Below, piece after piece: positions 22,100-33,660 of a DNA stretch of 64,000 nucleotides. A program made the position numbers and the translations under genes. Origin of the DNA: Craspedostauros australis (lineage: Eukaryota); the NCBI GenBank assembly GCA_030167865.1, contig JALAGF010006529.1, positions 62,001 through 126,000 of the forward strand, in the 5' to 3' direction. How positions within the stretch are numbered: position 1 is the stretch's first letter; every line of letters begins with the position of its first letter. The notes under the pieces were generated by a model. That model was not told the DNA's origin. It ran no database searches and saw only the letters and a list, made by a program, of their open reading frames with translations.

Positions 22100-23418
22100 G
22101 GTGATGCTTGCCGGTATGGCAGGTATGGTACGGTGCAACTGTGCGAGGAGCAATATAGGACACGGCTAGATGTTGAAGGAAGAGGTGGTGCGCGGTTGTT
22201 GTACTGTGTGCGTCAACGGGGAAGCACCAACAGCTTCACCATCGGGAATATGGCAACAGAATGGGGGGATGAGATTGTATGCGTTTGCAGCAAGAAAGGA
22301 ACGGCAAGAAGAGGAGCGGATCAATGAAGAAGCCACAACCAGCACCAATGACAACAGCAGCAGCCGCAGCACAGCCGGTAGATAGAGAGACAGGTGTGTG
22401 TGAGAGGAACAATGATGATGATGGCGATGATGAGGAAGAGGAGCGTGCCGTGATGAAGAGAGGTGCCAGTGCAGAACCACGCGGGTGCCGTCATCTCCTT
22501 GTTGCTGCGTACCTTTCAGCTTGGCGTCTCGCAACTGTGAGAATTATGGCAACGTCTCGTCAAATGGCCTTGCTTCTCTTCGTCGCGTGTTGTGTGTGTC
22601 TGTGTCCATGCCTTCGTTTGTGTTCTTGGTCTCCTGGAACGGGTGTGGATCTTCTTCTGTTTCTTGGTGTGTTTTGTGACCAGCGTTGACTGCGAACAAC
22701 AGAACAACCGCCCAGCAGCGTGACGCACAGTCGCGGTGGTTGTCTTGGTGTCAAGTTTGGCGAAATCGAGTCGTTTCTGGCTTCATCAACGTTCTTCGTT
22801 GGCACTAATACGTCTGGCCATCTACACGTAACAGGCATTGTTCTGAAACGGTAAATGAAAAATTAAATTATTTTACGTAGCTTACAAGCAGAGTGTGCGA
22901 GTTCCATCGAGGTCTCTAGCCATTCGCTGCAGACCTCTTGATGGTGATTGCAAGTGGGACAGTCTATGTTTGGAATCGCGACTTGTCGTGAGTACACCGA
23001 GAGAGGTATGCGTTGAATCCGGGAATGGTAGTTACATTTTTTCGACATCTCCGATTACAAAGCATGATTGAGACTTGTGGATGGCGACAAGACTGAGATG
23101 GTGACGATCTATTCACCAACCACCAGAAATCCAAAATCTGGTCTTTGAGTGATGTTCCCAACCACAAAATCTCGCTCGAAACACAAAACCAGGCACTGCC
23201 ATCACAAATAACAACAACAGTCACAACAACAACATCAACGACCCTTCCCGCCAGCAAGGTTTCTCTCTTGTGGACGACGAGGACACAAGAACCATAGCTC
23301 GTACCATTGTATTATACCTGATCTTGGTGATTACCACTCGGCCTTCTCTGCGAGTGCGTGTAGTACTCTTCCTGCTGTGCGATCATTGCACAACACAAGC
23401 GCGGCAGTCAGAGGGAAC

Positions 23419-26400
23419 ATGGCACATTTGGCGTCAAAGGGCTCACGATCATCAATCGGGAGACTGTTGAAGAGCCCAACCGACTCCTCCTCCAGAATCA
23501 GCCGTGAGGCTGCTACACAAGGATGGTGCGTTCTGCGCAGACCGCACGGCGTGGACAAGGCGAGGCACTTCCATGATTCCATTCGCCGTGGCTCCGCGCA
23601 CACCAACCAGGTGACAGCGCGAACTTCGACACTGGCTGACCAACCGCCAGCCGGCAGGCTCTGGAAGAAGCGCCCGTTCTCGTCCAAGGATACTAGTACG
23701 AGTCTGCCGCAAAGCCTGTCAGAATCGGCAGGAGAATCGAAAGGGGAACTGAAAGGAGAACTGACGAGGGAAGTTGCAGAGCAGACGACGCCAACACCCG
23801 CGTCATCGTTGACGATGCACGGTGGAGGCTTCTCGGATGGCGCCACTTCGGCGCCCTCGCTGCGCACGGATCTGGAGACCGTCTGGGTCCAGGAAACGGA
23901 GCGACTGTTGCATGGAATTTCGTTGGGGGAGTTTGATTCGAAAGCATGGAGCGATGCTCACTTGACCATACTCTGGTGGCTCAAGCAGTCGGTATCGCCC
24001 AAGGAGGTGGATGTCAGATGTTGTACCATGCCATTCCAGCTCCTGGACCGCATGTTGGAGGAAGAGCAGAGCGTTCTGCTGCATCTGGAAAGCATCGCGG
24101 ATGGTGATGCGGGCGATGTTCTGCGACAAGGTACCGTTGCTGCCAACATCCCCATCGTCGACGCATGGAGCACCGATCTGGTCAACCTCGTCGTCAATCA
24201 TTGGAGGAAGGAGATGTCTCTGATCGAATCGCTTCCAAACCACAAGGAATTGCACGCCGCCCTCATCGAAGGCAACGCCTATCCATCCCACGTATTTGAG
24301 CGAATTCAAAACTACAACGCATCGTCCAAATTCGTGCAGCCCGACACCCAGACCATCGCGATGATCATCGATGCCACCTCCAAGGTGCCGCGGGCCAACC
24401 AGGATCGACATGGGGCGCCGCTGGCATCCAAGATGTTGGATTGGAGCGTCCAGGAAGCAACTTTGGAGATCCATCCTGGAGTAGAAGATATGCATGATCT
24501 ACATAGCGTCAACAGCAACGGCAACGGCATCAGCAGCGTCTTGGATGAGAACCATCTCAGAGCGCAGTCTGGGTTTGCAGAAGAGGAGGTCGGCCTCTCA
24601 TCTGATCTGATGACTGAAACTGCGGAAACTGCCCTGGATCCTTCTATGGACGTCGCCGCCATCAGCAGTCAAAGCGTCGGCCCCAGTGACGATGCCAGCG
24701 CACTTGATGGTGCATTGGACAACAGTCGTCTGCGCCCGAATGCCTACACGTTCGCCAGTGCGATACACTCCTGGGGGAAGAGCAAGTTGGATGAGGCACC
24801 CCAAAAGGCCGACGAGCTCTTATACAAGCTCCTTGAGCTGTCAGTTTCGCGCCAGGACTGGCAGCTGAAGCCGAACATTGTTATGTACTCCAGCCTCGTC
24901 GATGTTTGGAGCAAGGCCGGAAATGTCAAACGCGTGGAAGAACTCCTGAATGAGATGTACGACCTGAGCCAAGGATCTGGGATGGAGGATCTCAAGCCAA
25001 ATCTCCCAGTTTTCAATCTGTACCTTGCGGTGCTTGCCAAACGGCGAATGACGGCACGTGTTGAGGAGGTGCTGCAGCAGATGGAGGAGTTCTACGAGAT
25101 GGGAGAAATCTCATCGCCACCGGACGTCGTTTCGTACAGCACGGCCATCGACTGCTTCGTCAAGGCGGATGATGTGGAGCTGGGTGCAACGAAGGCAGAG
25201 CAGCTACTCAACAGAATGATACGTCGCGACGTGGCCCCCAACGCAGTCACCTTCAACACGGTCATCCATGCTCATGCGAAGGCAGGGAACTTCAAGCGCG
25301 TCGATCAGCTGCTATCAATGATGCACGATCTGCACGCAAAGGGTGGCAGCGAAGTCAGGCCGACGCTGTACTCGTACAGTTCCGTCCTGGTTGCCCTCTC
25401 GAAGTCCAAGGACCGAGAGGCTTCAACGCGTGCCATGGCCTTGCTCGATGCGATGATCAAGCTGGCAGCCGCGGGAGAACTGGAGCACGCACCTGACCTC
25501 ATCAGCTACAACCTCGTTCTCGATTGCTTCAAGACCTCCTCGCGTCCGCTTCTACGCGAGGCCAAGCAGTTTCTGAGGCGAATGAGATCGGAGGGCGTTG
25601 AACCCGACAGGTACTCGTACAACATCGTCCTCCATCTCATGGCAAAGGCAGGAAGGCATGAAGCCGCGGGGAGCTTGATCAAGCAGATGGGAAGTCACGG
25701 CGTCGCCCCGGACACCACGAGCTACAACACGCTGCTGTCCGCGCTCGCGAAATCGAAGGATCGAAACGTCGCGCCGCGGGCGGAGCATCTGCTGAGAGCC
25801 ATGGAGCATTCTGAATCCATCACGGCGGACATCATTTCCTACAACACCACGCTCAACTGCCACAGTATGAACAAGGATGGCCCCTCGGCCGAGGCGTTGC
25901 TGAATCGAATGATGAGCGACGAGACCAACATTGAACCCGACGCTGTGAGCTTTAACACCACGATCGCAGCATGGTCCAAGATGGGAACGCTGCAGGCAGC
26001 CTACCGAGCCCAACAGCTGTTTGATGCCATGGGCGACTACTCGCCAATCACGAAGCCAAACGCCGTCGCCTTCAACACCCTGTTGAGCGCCTGGGCACGG
26101 TCGAAGGATCCGTTGGCACCACAGCGCATGGAGAACATGGTCCGCGACCAGACCATGAAGTACAACCAGGGCGAGTCGAATGCATGTCCCGATAACTTCT
26201 CCATCACGGCCGTTATGCTGGCCTGGTCGCATTCCGACCATCCATCCGCGCCTGAAAAGGTGGAGGAGATATTCCAAGGGATACTCCGACGTTTCCGGGA
26301 CGGTGAACGCAAGATGATGCCCTGCACGAGAGCCTACAGCGCGTTGATCGGGGTTTGGAGCAACAGCGGACGTCCTGACGGGGGGAGTCGCGCGGAGATG

Positions 26401-27012
26401 TACCTCGACGAACTCCTGCGCAACGCCACGAACCAACGTGACTTCGATGTTCAGCCCATGCACTTTGCGAAGGTCATTCAGGGATACATCCGGAGCAGTT
26501 CTGCCCCAGCTCATGCCGTCGTTGGTGATGATAATGATGCAGGCGATGATATCGATGACGATGATATCAACGGTATCCATGCCAGTTCAGATGCAGATAC
26601 AGATGTAGGTGATAATGTGGGGATGGATGTGGATGTGGATGTGGACAATTTGAGTTCAAGGAGTGAGGTCAACGATAGTGTCCACGATGACGATGATGAT
26701 GCAGATCTGGTGGAAAGTATCGCATCTATCATATCCAAAATGGAGCATTACCAACATAAGCAGAGGACAAATGGAAGGAAGATGGATGTATACTTTTTTG
26801 GCAACTTGTTCCGATTCCTCGCGGAGCATGAGTGCGATCAGAAGGACGAGGTGTTGGAGTACCTGCTGGATACGATGCGCCGGTTGCGCGTGCGTCACAA
26901 CCACTACGTGAACCAGCAAATCGAGGTTTGCCTTGGCGTGGACCAATCAGGTGGTGATAGCGAGAATGACGACGATGACATCGACGAGGCCGCTCATGGG
27001 GCGGATGGTTGA
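23419..27012 (+). CDS. Pentatricopeptide repeat (PPR) protein, probably mitochondrial
   Basis: Many ~35-aa PPR units (PNAYTFASAI, PDVVSYSTAI, PNAVTFNTVI, PDLISYNLVL, PDTTSYNTLL, PDAVSFNTTI). The N-terminus is Arg/Ser-rich with RPFSS, resembling a mitochondrial presequence. The start is taken at the first ATG. Confidence 0.9.
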   Translation: MAHLASKGSRSSIGRLLKSPTDSSSRISREAATQGWCVLRRPHGVDKARHFHDSIRRGSAHTNQVTARTSTLADQPPAGRLWKKRPFSSKDTSTSLPQSLSESAGESKGELKGELTREVAEQTTPTPASSLTMHGGGFSDGATSAPSLRTDLETVWVQETERLLHGISLGEFDSKAWSDAHLTILWWLKQSVSPKEVDVRCCTMPFQLLDRMLEEEQSVLLHLESIADGDAGDVLRQGTVAANIPIVDAWSTDLVNLVVNHWRKEMSLIESLPNHKELHAALIEGNAYPSHVFERIQNYNASSKFVQPDTQTIAMIIDATSKVPRANQDRHGAPLASKMLDWSVQEATLEIHPGVEDMHDLHSVNSNGNGISSVLDENHLRAQSGFAEEEVGLSSDLMTETAETALDPSMDVAAISSQSVGPSDDASALDGALDNSRLRPNAYTFASAIHSWGKSKLDEAPQKADELLYKLLELSVSRQDWQLKPNIVMYSSLVDVWSKAGNVKRVEELLNEMYDLSQGSGMEDLKPNLPVFNLYLAVLAKRRMTARVEEVLQQMEEFYEMGEISSPPDVVSYSTAIDCFVKADDVELGATKAEQLLNRMIRRDVAPNAVTFNTVIHAHAKAGNFKRVDQLLSMMHDLHAKGGSEVRPTLYSYSSVLVALSKSKDREASTRAMALLDAMIKLAAAGELEHAPDLISYNLVLDCFKTSSRPLLREAKQFLRRMRSEGVEPDRYSYNIVLHLMAKAGRHEAAGSLIKQMGSHGVAPDTTSYNTLLSALAKSKDRNVAPRAEHLLRAMEHSESITADIISYNTTLNCHSMNKDGPSAEALLNRMMSDETNIEPDAVSFNTTIAAWSKMGTLQAAYRAQQLFDAMGDYSPITKPNAVAFNTLLSAWARSKDPLAPQRMENMVRDQTMKYNQGESNACPDNFSITAVMLAWSHSDHPSAPEKVEEIFQGILRRFRDGERKMMPCTRAYSALIGVWSNSGRPDGGSRAEMYLDELLRNATNQRDFDVQPMHFAKVIQGYIRSSSAPAHAVVGDDNDAGDDIDDDDINGIHASSDADTDVGDNVGMDVDVDVDNLSSRSEVNDSVHDDDDDADLVESIASIISKMEHYQHKQRTNGRKMDVYFFGNLFRFLAEHECDQKDEVLEYLLDTMRRLRVRHNHYVNQQIEVCLGVDQSGGDSENDDDDIDEAAHGADG

Positions 27013-27614
27013 CATTGATAAATACTCGGAGGCATGGCAGGTGAGGCGAGCGGGATATGATGATCAGAGCGGTGCGATGATGGAGCAGTTTGACATCTAT
27101 TCTATAAGCTACAGGACAAGGAGAATGCATAAAGTAGTCGGCTTCGACCACTCTTCTACCATCCCAGAATAGAGCAACGCACTACTCGTATACGATTAGT
27201 ATCTTGTTCTCTCTCCGGGACAATTGGATTCCATGACTCTCCTTTCTGCGAGTGGAGAGTCGTTGTGCTCGAACCACACAGGAAGGAAGTTGTGTGCTGT
27301 GCTTGTGAATACTTCTGCATACTCTCTTTCGAATGAAAGAATTCATTCTGCTGTTCTTCCATTCGTACTACTGGCACGAGGAGCATGGCCTGTTGGCGAG
27401 AATTACGAGACAAATCCTCTGAGCGAAACGCAGCCCCAAATCGAGCCGACGCTGACAAATTGAGCTCCTGGTCGAAAATTGTTGTGACAGAGCATGCATT
27501 GTTCGTGCAAGATGCGGTGCCCATTCCATTCCATTCCATTCCATTCTATATCATGCCAGCCTCTAGTAACATCTCGTGGTGGCGGCACCGATGCGCAGCC
27601 GACTGTCGCCCATA

Positions 27615-30398
27615 CTAAAGGTCGGAGCAGACCAGCACCTGCGCCTTGGCGAAAAGCTGGCACAAATAGAGCATACCGTCAATTCCCTTGGCGGTACCCA
27701 TTCCGAATTCGGTGATGTAGGGGTTGAGTATATTGGAGCGCTCCTTCTCATTTTCCATCATGGAAGCGTGGATGACGCGGATGGTGGGTCCCCGTTTAAG
27801 ATTTCCCAGGTCCGTGATGGTGACCGGTTGCTGATCTTTGGCGACGCGCTTGGCGATGTCGCAGGCCCTGGCATCGAGCTGAAGGTTGCGCTGCAGGGAT
27901 GGCAGACCGTTCTTGTTGCGCTCCGTGTTGACGAGGACCGCGTTGTTGGCGAAATGGCCGGCGGCCAGGAAGTTTTCCTTGAGGACGTTGTAGTCGATCT
28001 TGCGTATGGACTCGTCGGAGCGTTGCAGGGCCATGCAGCTTCTGGCTCGCTGTTTCTGCGGCGCCGCGTTGGCTGCGCCTCCCGGCCCCCCGCTGGTGAC
28101 TGGGTTGGACCGCTCGATGGAACGGCCTGGGCGGGCGTGCGTCGTTTTGGGTTCGGTCCTTCGTCTTCCGTTGCGCTTGCCCCCCTTTTTGGGAATGGCA
28201 TTGTCTCCGGACTCCGATGATGACATGGACGATGATGACAGTGCCTGCGTTCCAGTGCGTGGTTGCTGCTGTTGTTGCTGTTGTTGCTGTTCGTGTGGGC
28301 TGAAGGATGGCTCACCGGCGGATTGGTGGTGCTGGGTGGAGTCGACCGTGGCGGCTTGGAGTGCTCCTGCGTCCCTTGCCGACATGCGCCTGTGCATGGA
28401 TGCCGCGTTGCGTGAAATGCGTCTGTTGCTGGTGTGATCGGACACAGCGTCCAGCCTGGTCTTGGATCTGGAAGACTTCTGCTTCATGGCCGACTTTGGC
28501 TTCGATGATGATCTGGCCATGGCCGTGGGAGGCGACTGTGATCGGTTGTGGTGGGAGGAGGAGGACAGGATGGATCTGGATTGGCGCGTCGATGCGCGCG
28601 ATGGTGCGTTGGGGGCCATGTCACCTTGCGACCCAGTCTTGCTGAAGCCGGATGTGGAGCCTCTGCTGGATTCGTACTGTTGTTGCTGCGGTTGGAATTG
28701 CTGGTAGTACATCTGATGGTGTTGCTGTTGGTGCTGCTGGTGCTCCATGAGCTGACTTTTGGATGCGACGCGTCTTGACATGGGCCGAATGTGTTCCGTC
28801 TGGCCCGTCATGTCCACCCCCGCAAGCATCGGCACGGGTATGGTCCTGGAGGGGCGTTCCGAATGGCTGGTGATGTTTGAGGCTCCGTGCGAGGATCTGT
28901 CCAGGGCGTTGGGTGGATCAGGGCTGATGCCCCGCTTTGACTTTTTGAGGGCGCTGCGAATGGGCGAGGTGGTGGGCGGTGGCGGATGGCGAACCTCCAC
29001 TCTCTCGATGCTGCGCGATGGCCGCACGGAGGATCGCGTGGAGGATCCCATGCTCTTGCGGGTGTGCCTGGACATGCGAGGTGACGCTGCTGCGTCGGCG
29101 TTGGCATTTGTGGTGATGGCCAGGAGATCTCTGTCCCTGTCCCTCTCCCTGTCCCTGTCCTTTTCTTTTCGCTTGATCTGGTCGGAGCTCTTGGATCGCT
29201 TTGTTTTGGAGCTGCCGCTCTTCTTTGTTTTGCGCTGCTTCCTTTCCTTGTCGGCGTCTCCTAGGTTGGGTGCCGTGGCGACGCTGCCCATGCCGATGTA
29301 GCTGTGAGCATCGGCGTCCATGGGTCCGGCCGCAGCGCCCATCTCAAGAGCTGCGAGGGAACGGGAGTCATGTGCCGAAAGGTGCTTTATCTTGCGACGC
29401 TGATGCGAGGATGCGGCCGTGCCCAGACCGGCGGATTGGTAGTGCTGCTGTAGTTGCAGCTGTTGGTCATATTGGTGGGCATCCATGGGACCGGCGCTTG
29501 TGGAGCGGCTCTTCTTGGACTTGTCCTTGGACTTGACTCTGTGCCTTTGACGCTGGGTCTGCAATGGGTCGAGTTCCGACGCCACGGAACGTGCGCCATC
29601 CGTGGATCTGTGGTGGCGTCTGGAGGTGTCGACGTCTCCGTAATTGTAGAGGCCCACCGACCTCGCACCTCGTTCTGATGCCGAGACGCCATGCATGATG
29701 TCCGCGGGGGATGATCGGTCCCTGGTCTGATGGTCGAGGTGCTGATGGTGATGGTAGTTGAGCTTGTTGAGGAGGCGATCGAGCGTTCCGTCGGTGTCGT
29801 CGGGAGTGGATGCGGATGTTGTGGCGGACGTCGTTGCTGAGACTGCTTTGGAGGACTTCTTGAGGGCCCTGCTGCTCTTGCCGGACCTGGACTTGGACTT
29901 GTGCTTGGACTTGGACAGAGATGCGTTGGTGGCTGCGGAGACTGAGACGTTGGATGCGGCAGCTTGGGTGGTGCTGGAGCGCTTCTTCCTGGAGGATCTC
30001 CTGGAGGTGGATAGGTGGGATAGGTTGGGGATGTGGTTGGAGCTGTTGGCGGAGTGCATGGAGGGAGACGAGATGGAGTTTGAGTTGCCGCTGTCCTGCA
30101 GGGCCCTGAGTCCTGGGATGTCGGCGTGATCTGCGCTGTCGCCGGCGAAGTCGTCGATGGCAGCCTCGATGAAGTCGCCGGGGTTGAATTGGACGTCCAG
30201 GTCTCTGTTGTAGTTGTCGTTGTCGTTGCTGCCGTTGTTGCCGTTGTTGTTGTCATCTTCGTTGAGATAACCTCCCAACGCAGACCCAATGAGCTGTCTG
30301 CGATGAACGGAGGACTCCTTGGCGATCTTTCGTTCCGCATGAAGCCTCCTTGCTCTCTCCATCCTCTCTGCCTGCGACATTCCCTCTGTGGTGGCCAT
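27615..30398 (-). CDS. Disordered protein with C-terminal CAP/SCP (PR-1-like) domain, paralog 1
   Basis: 927-aa ORF. C-terminus: LVNTERNKNGLPSLQRNLQLDARA...ERSNILNPYITEFGMGTAKGIDGMLYLCQLF. No signal peptide. Confidence 0.8.
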   Translation of the reverse strand: MATTEGMSQAERMERARRLHAERKIAKESSVHRRQLIGSALGGYLNEDDNNNGNNGSNDNDNYNRDLDVQFNPGDFIEAAIDDFAGDSADHADIPGLRALQDSGNSNSISSPSMHSANSSNHIPNLSHLSTSRRSSRKKRSSTTQAAASNVSVSAATNASLSKSKHKSKSRSGKSSRALKKSSKAVSATTSATTSASTPDDTDGTLDRLLNKLNYHHHQHLDHQTRDRSSPADIMHGVSASERGARSVGLYNYGDVDTSRRHHRSTDGARSVASELDPLQTQRQRHRVKSKDKSKKSRSTSAGPMDAHQYDQQLQLQQHYQSAGLGTAASSHQRRKIKHLSAHDSRSLAALEMGAAAGPMDADAHSYIGMGSVATAPNLGDADKERKQRKTKKSGSSKTKRSKSSDQIKRKEKDRDRERDRDRDLLAITTNANADAAASPRMSRHTRKSMGSSTRSSVRPSRSIERVEVRHPPPPTTSPIRSALKKSKRGISPDPPNALDRSSHGASNITSHSERPSRTIPVPMLAGVDMTGQTEHIRPMSRRVASKSQLMEHQQHQQQHHQMYYQQFQPQQQQYESSRGSTSGFSKTGSQGDMAPNAPSRASTRQSRSILSSSSHHNRSQSPPTAMARSSSKPKSAMKQKSSRSKTRLDAVSDHTSNRRISRNAASMHRRMSARDAGALQAATVDSTQHHQSAGEPSFSPHEQQQQQQQQQPRTGTQALSSSSMSSSESGDNAIPKKGGKRNGRRRTEPKTTHARPGRSIERSNPVTSGGPGGAANAAPQKQRARSCMALQRSDESIRKIDYNVLKENFLAAGHFANNAVLVNTERNKNGLPSLQRNLQLDARACDIAKRVAKDQQPVTITDLGNLKRGPTIRVIHASMMENEKERSNILNPYITEFGMGTAKGIDGMLYLCQLFAKAQVLVCSDL

Positions 30399-32311
30399 GT
30401 TGTTGCTGTTAGCGTTGCTGTTGTTGTTGCTGTTGGTCTTCTCGTCTGAGCCACCAACACTGGATTGAGATTGAGATTGGGTGGCAGGGAGAGTGGGATT
30501 GCCAGCAAGAGTGCCTGTGAGAGGATGGCCACCACCGATTGGGTGTCACCGGCTGCGCAGCAAGTTGCCCGCGCCCAACTGCTTCCCAACGTACTCGCGC
30601 TTCAATGCGATGCGCTTCAAGTGATCCTGCTTGTGATGATCACGATGTTAGCAATGTTAGCAATGGTAGCAATGCTAATAATGGTAGCAATGATAACAAT
30701 GGAAGCGAAACAGGGCTTGCTCTTTGCGGAGTGATCCTGCTTCTCCTTTGTGCTGGCTTGGTTGCCTTGCTTCGTTTCTTGGTTCCTTCTTTGGTTGCTT
30801 CGTTTGATTTTATTTGACTTGACTTGATTGCTCTGCTCGACTGCACGAACGCAGTTCTCTAGCTCGTTCGATCTATTGTTGTTGCTGTTGCTGTTGCTGT
30901 TGTTGCTGGTTGGGGTAGATACAGAGGTTGACACAGAGGTTGACACGGAGGTTGACATGAAGATGGAAGTGGAGACAGAAGTGGAGGTGAACGCAGAGAC
31001 AGACCATGGACGTGGAAGAGCAGGAAGCGCAGAAACCGCAACCACGAAGAGATCAATGCGGGCAGGCGCCAAGCCGTGATTGTTGACGTTGCGATCGCGC
31101 GGCTGTACGACTATTCGTGGCCACGTCTGCGCGCGATGTTGCTCCGATTTTTTCCGCTTGCGTTTGTTCCCACCCACGCTTCTCCGCCACGGCGTTAAAG
31201 GTTTTACCGCGTCTGTGTGCATCGTAGCGTCACAACAAGTGCCGCGCTATCCTCCTGTGTTCCTCCTGGCCCTTGCCACACGCAACGATACGTACATTTA
31301 TGCTTTTTCTGAGTACCGTTCTCTCCTTGCTCCAAAAAAGTACTTCTACTACGTTGTTGGTGGTTGTGTTGATTGTGTCATTTCCGTCACATGAGCCTTC
31401 CACCGGGTTATTTGTTCGTTGATTCCTTCCGTTTCATCTCTCTTTTTCTTCTTCGTCTCGCAAAGACACACCCAACGTACGAGTATTCTCCCGCGTGACA
31501 TATCCCCGCATAACTTTTTTGTGCTAAATTCTGGATAGGGATATGTCAATCTACATATATATTGGGTGTCATCCTTCTGTCTCTACGACTTGTAGTCATA
31601 GATGGAGTCATCTTTTTGAACACAACCCAAAGGCTTATTTGCATCTCTGTCCGAATCGTCACGATGGGCACGACCAGTTCGATCACGAAGCTGGATTGCT
31701 CATCATTTGTCGCACCGTTATCCTGGACAACCCATCGACAGCTTGTGACGACACGTGACGTCAAGAACTTTCGGCGAACTGCGCGTCTCTTTGTCCCCGA
31801 ACTCTCGTTGTTCGCGGACGTGTGCATTGCTTGTGTCACAAGGTCGTTCGGAATCCTGTTGGGCCAGTCCCGAAAGTTGATGTCGGATGAGTCCTTGCCC
31901 GCATTCTCTGTATGGACGGTACGTCGGACAGACGGATGCAACAGAAAACCAAATGTCGAGGAGAATGTCGGTGTGACAACAGGGCGCCAAAAGTCATTCG
32001 TCCATCGCGAAAAACGGCAGGTCGTCGTGTTGGCAGCACACAGACATGGAAGCAACGGAGCAACGAAGTTACGAAGTAGCGGAGGCAGGCAAGAAAGCCG
32101 AAGAGAGAAGGGCACCAAGAAAAGAGAGTGTGTGCGGGTGTGTGGGTGTGTGGGTGTGCGGAGAGCACAAGAGAGCAAGGAAACAACCACTCGGGCACAA
32201 TCGACAGCGTGCAAGCACCAACACGAACTAGCCATCGCAGAGACACCAAATGTCCTGTTGATGACAACGACAGCGTCAACAATACCATTAGCATTAACAT
32301 TAGCATTAGCA

Positions 32312-32417
32312 AGAGCATCATTAGCAACAGCATCATTAGCAATAGCATCAGCAGCAATAGCATCAGCAGCAATAGCATCAGCAGCAATAGCATCAGCAGC
32401 AATAGTATCAGCAGCAA
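32312..32417. repeat. 15-bp tandem repeat (AATAGCATCAGCAGC)x~5 plus degenerate copies
   Basis: Direct reading. Confidence 0.9.
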
Positions 32418-32834
32418 GTCCAGCAGCAAGATACCATTATAGCAGAATAGCAGGTCAACACATTGCAATCCACGGTAGGACGTACGACATAGTCATCGCA
32501 CCGCCACATCTCACCAGCACTTGATGGGTGGATGACCTGTCTCATCAGCCAGCAGACACTGAAGCACGGAACCAAGGGACCAAGGGACAAAGCGAGCGAG
32601 TGAGCAAGCGAGTTCGGAAGCAACTGAAGGCACCAGAACCAACTGAACCAACTGAACCAACTGAAGGCAAGGCAACGGACCCAGAATAGTACCATCGGAG
32701 CGTCCCTACGAACCAACGCGAATCTCCCTGGAGGACCGTGCCATAGGTCATACACACTCTACCGACATCTGCCGACATCTGCCTCTCCGCATCCGTGTGC
32801 ATCGATTTGAGACAATCCCCAGCTTTCTCCCAGT

Positions 32835-33629
32835 GATGACCGAGATCATGGCCACAGAAAACGACGGTCCATCCACCAACATCACCAATATGACCAACAT
32901 GAGCAACATGAGCAACATGACCAGGACGGGAGGCGGCTCCTCCTTGGCAAACGCAAGGCTGGCCAAGTACAGGCATTCGCAGAACGAGGAGGACAAGGCC
33001 AAGCGCAAGAACAAGATCGGCGCCTCCTTGGACAGCCTCTCCCTGGACGACGAAGATGACTACCTCCTGAGCCACTCCTCCGATGAGGGGATGGACCTGG
33101 ACGATCTGGCCAACGGAGGCATCAGCGGCACCAGCGGCACCAACGGCACCAACGGACGGCGCTCCAGCGGCACGGGCATGCGCAATCGCAGACAGCGGCC
33201 TGCGGTCTCGGTCAACAAGAAGAAGGGCCGCTCCAAGTCAAACCTCAGCGCCCTCGACGAGGACATCCAGCTGGAGTCCTTCAACAGCAACCCCAACGCC
33301 CCTCTCTTGGCGCAAAGCGACCACATCCCCAAGAGGAAGGCCGCGAGGAAGGTGCCTGGATCCTCCACTCACTCGGAGCACGCGCGATCGCTCCAGCCGG
33401 GGGTCATCTCCTCCAGCGAGCACTCCAGAACCTCCGCGATGTCCAAGAAGAAGCCATCTCCGCGCAAGCCGCCCACCAGAACGGCCAGCAGTGGCAGCGT
33501 CGACAGCAACGGGAGCACTGGCAGCAACGTCAGCATCAGCATCAGCGGCGACGAGAACAGCAGCAACAACGATGATATCTACGACCGATCGCAGGCGCAT
33601 GACCAGGCCCACGCCCATGACTATGACAG

Positions 33630-33660
<31 letters not shown>

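Noticed and set aside
29387..30589. 400-aa alternative-frame ORF
   Set aside because: Overlaps CAP paralog 1 in another frame, is low complexity and has a non-ATG start.
31562..32524. 320-aa + strand ORF with ASAAI repeats
   Set aside because: Non-ATG start, inflated by 15-bp tandem repeats, and no domain.
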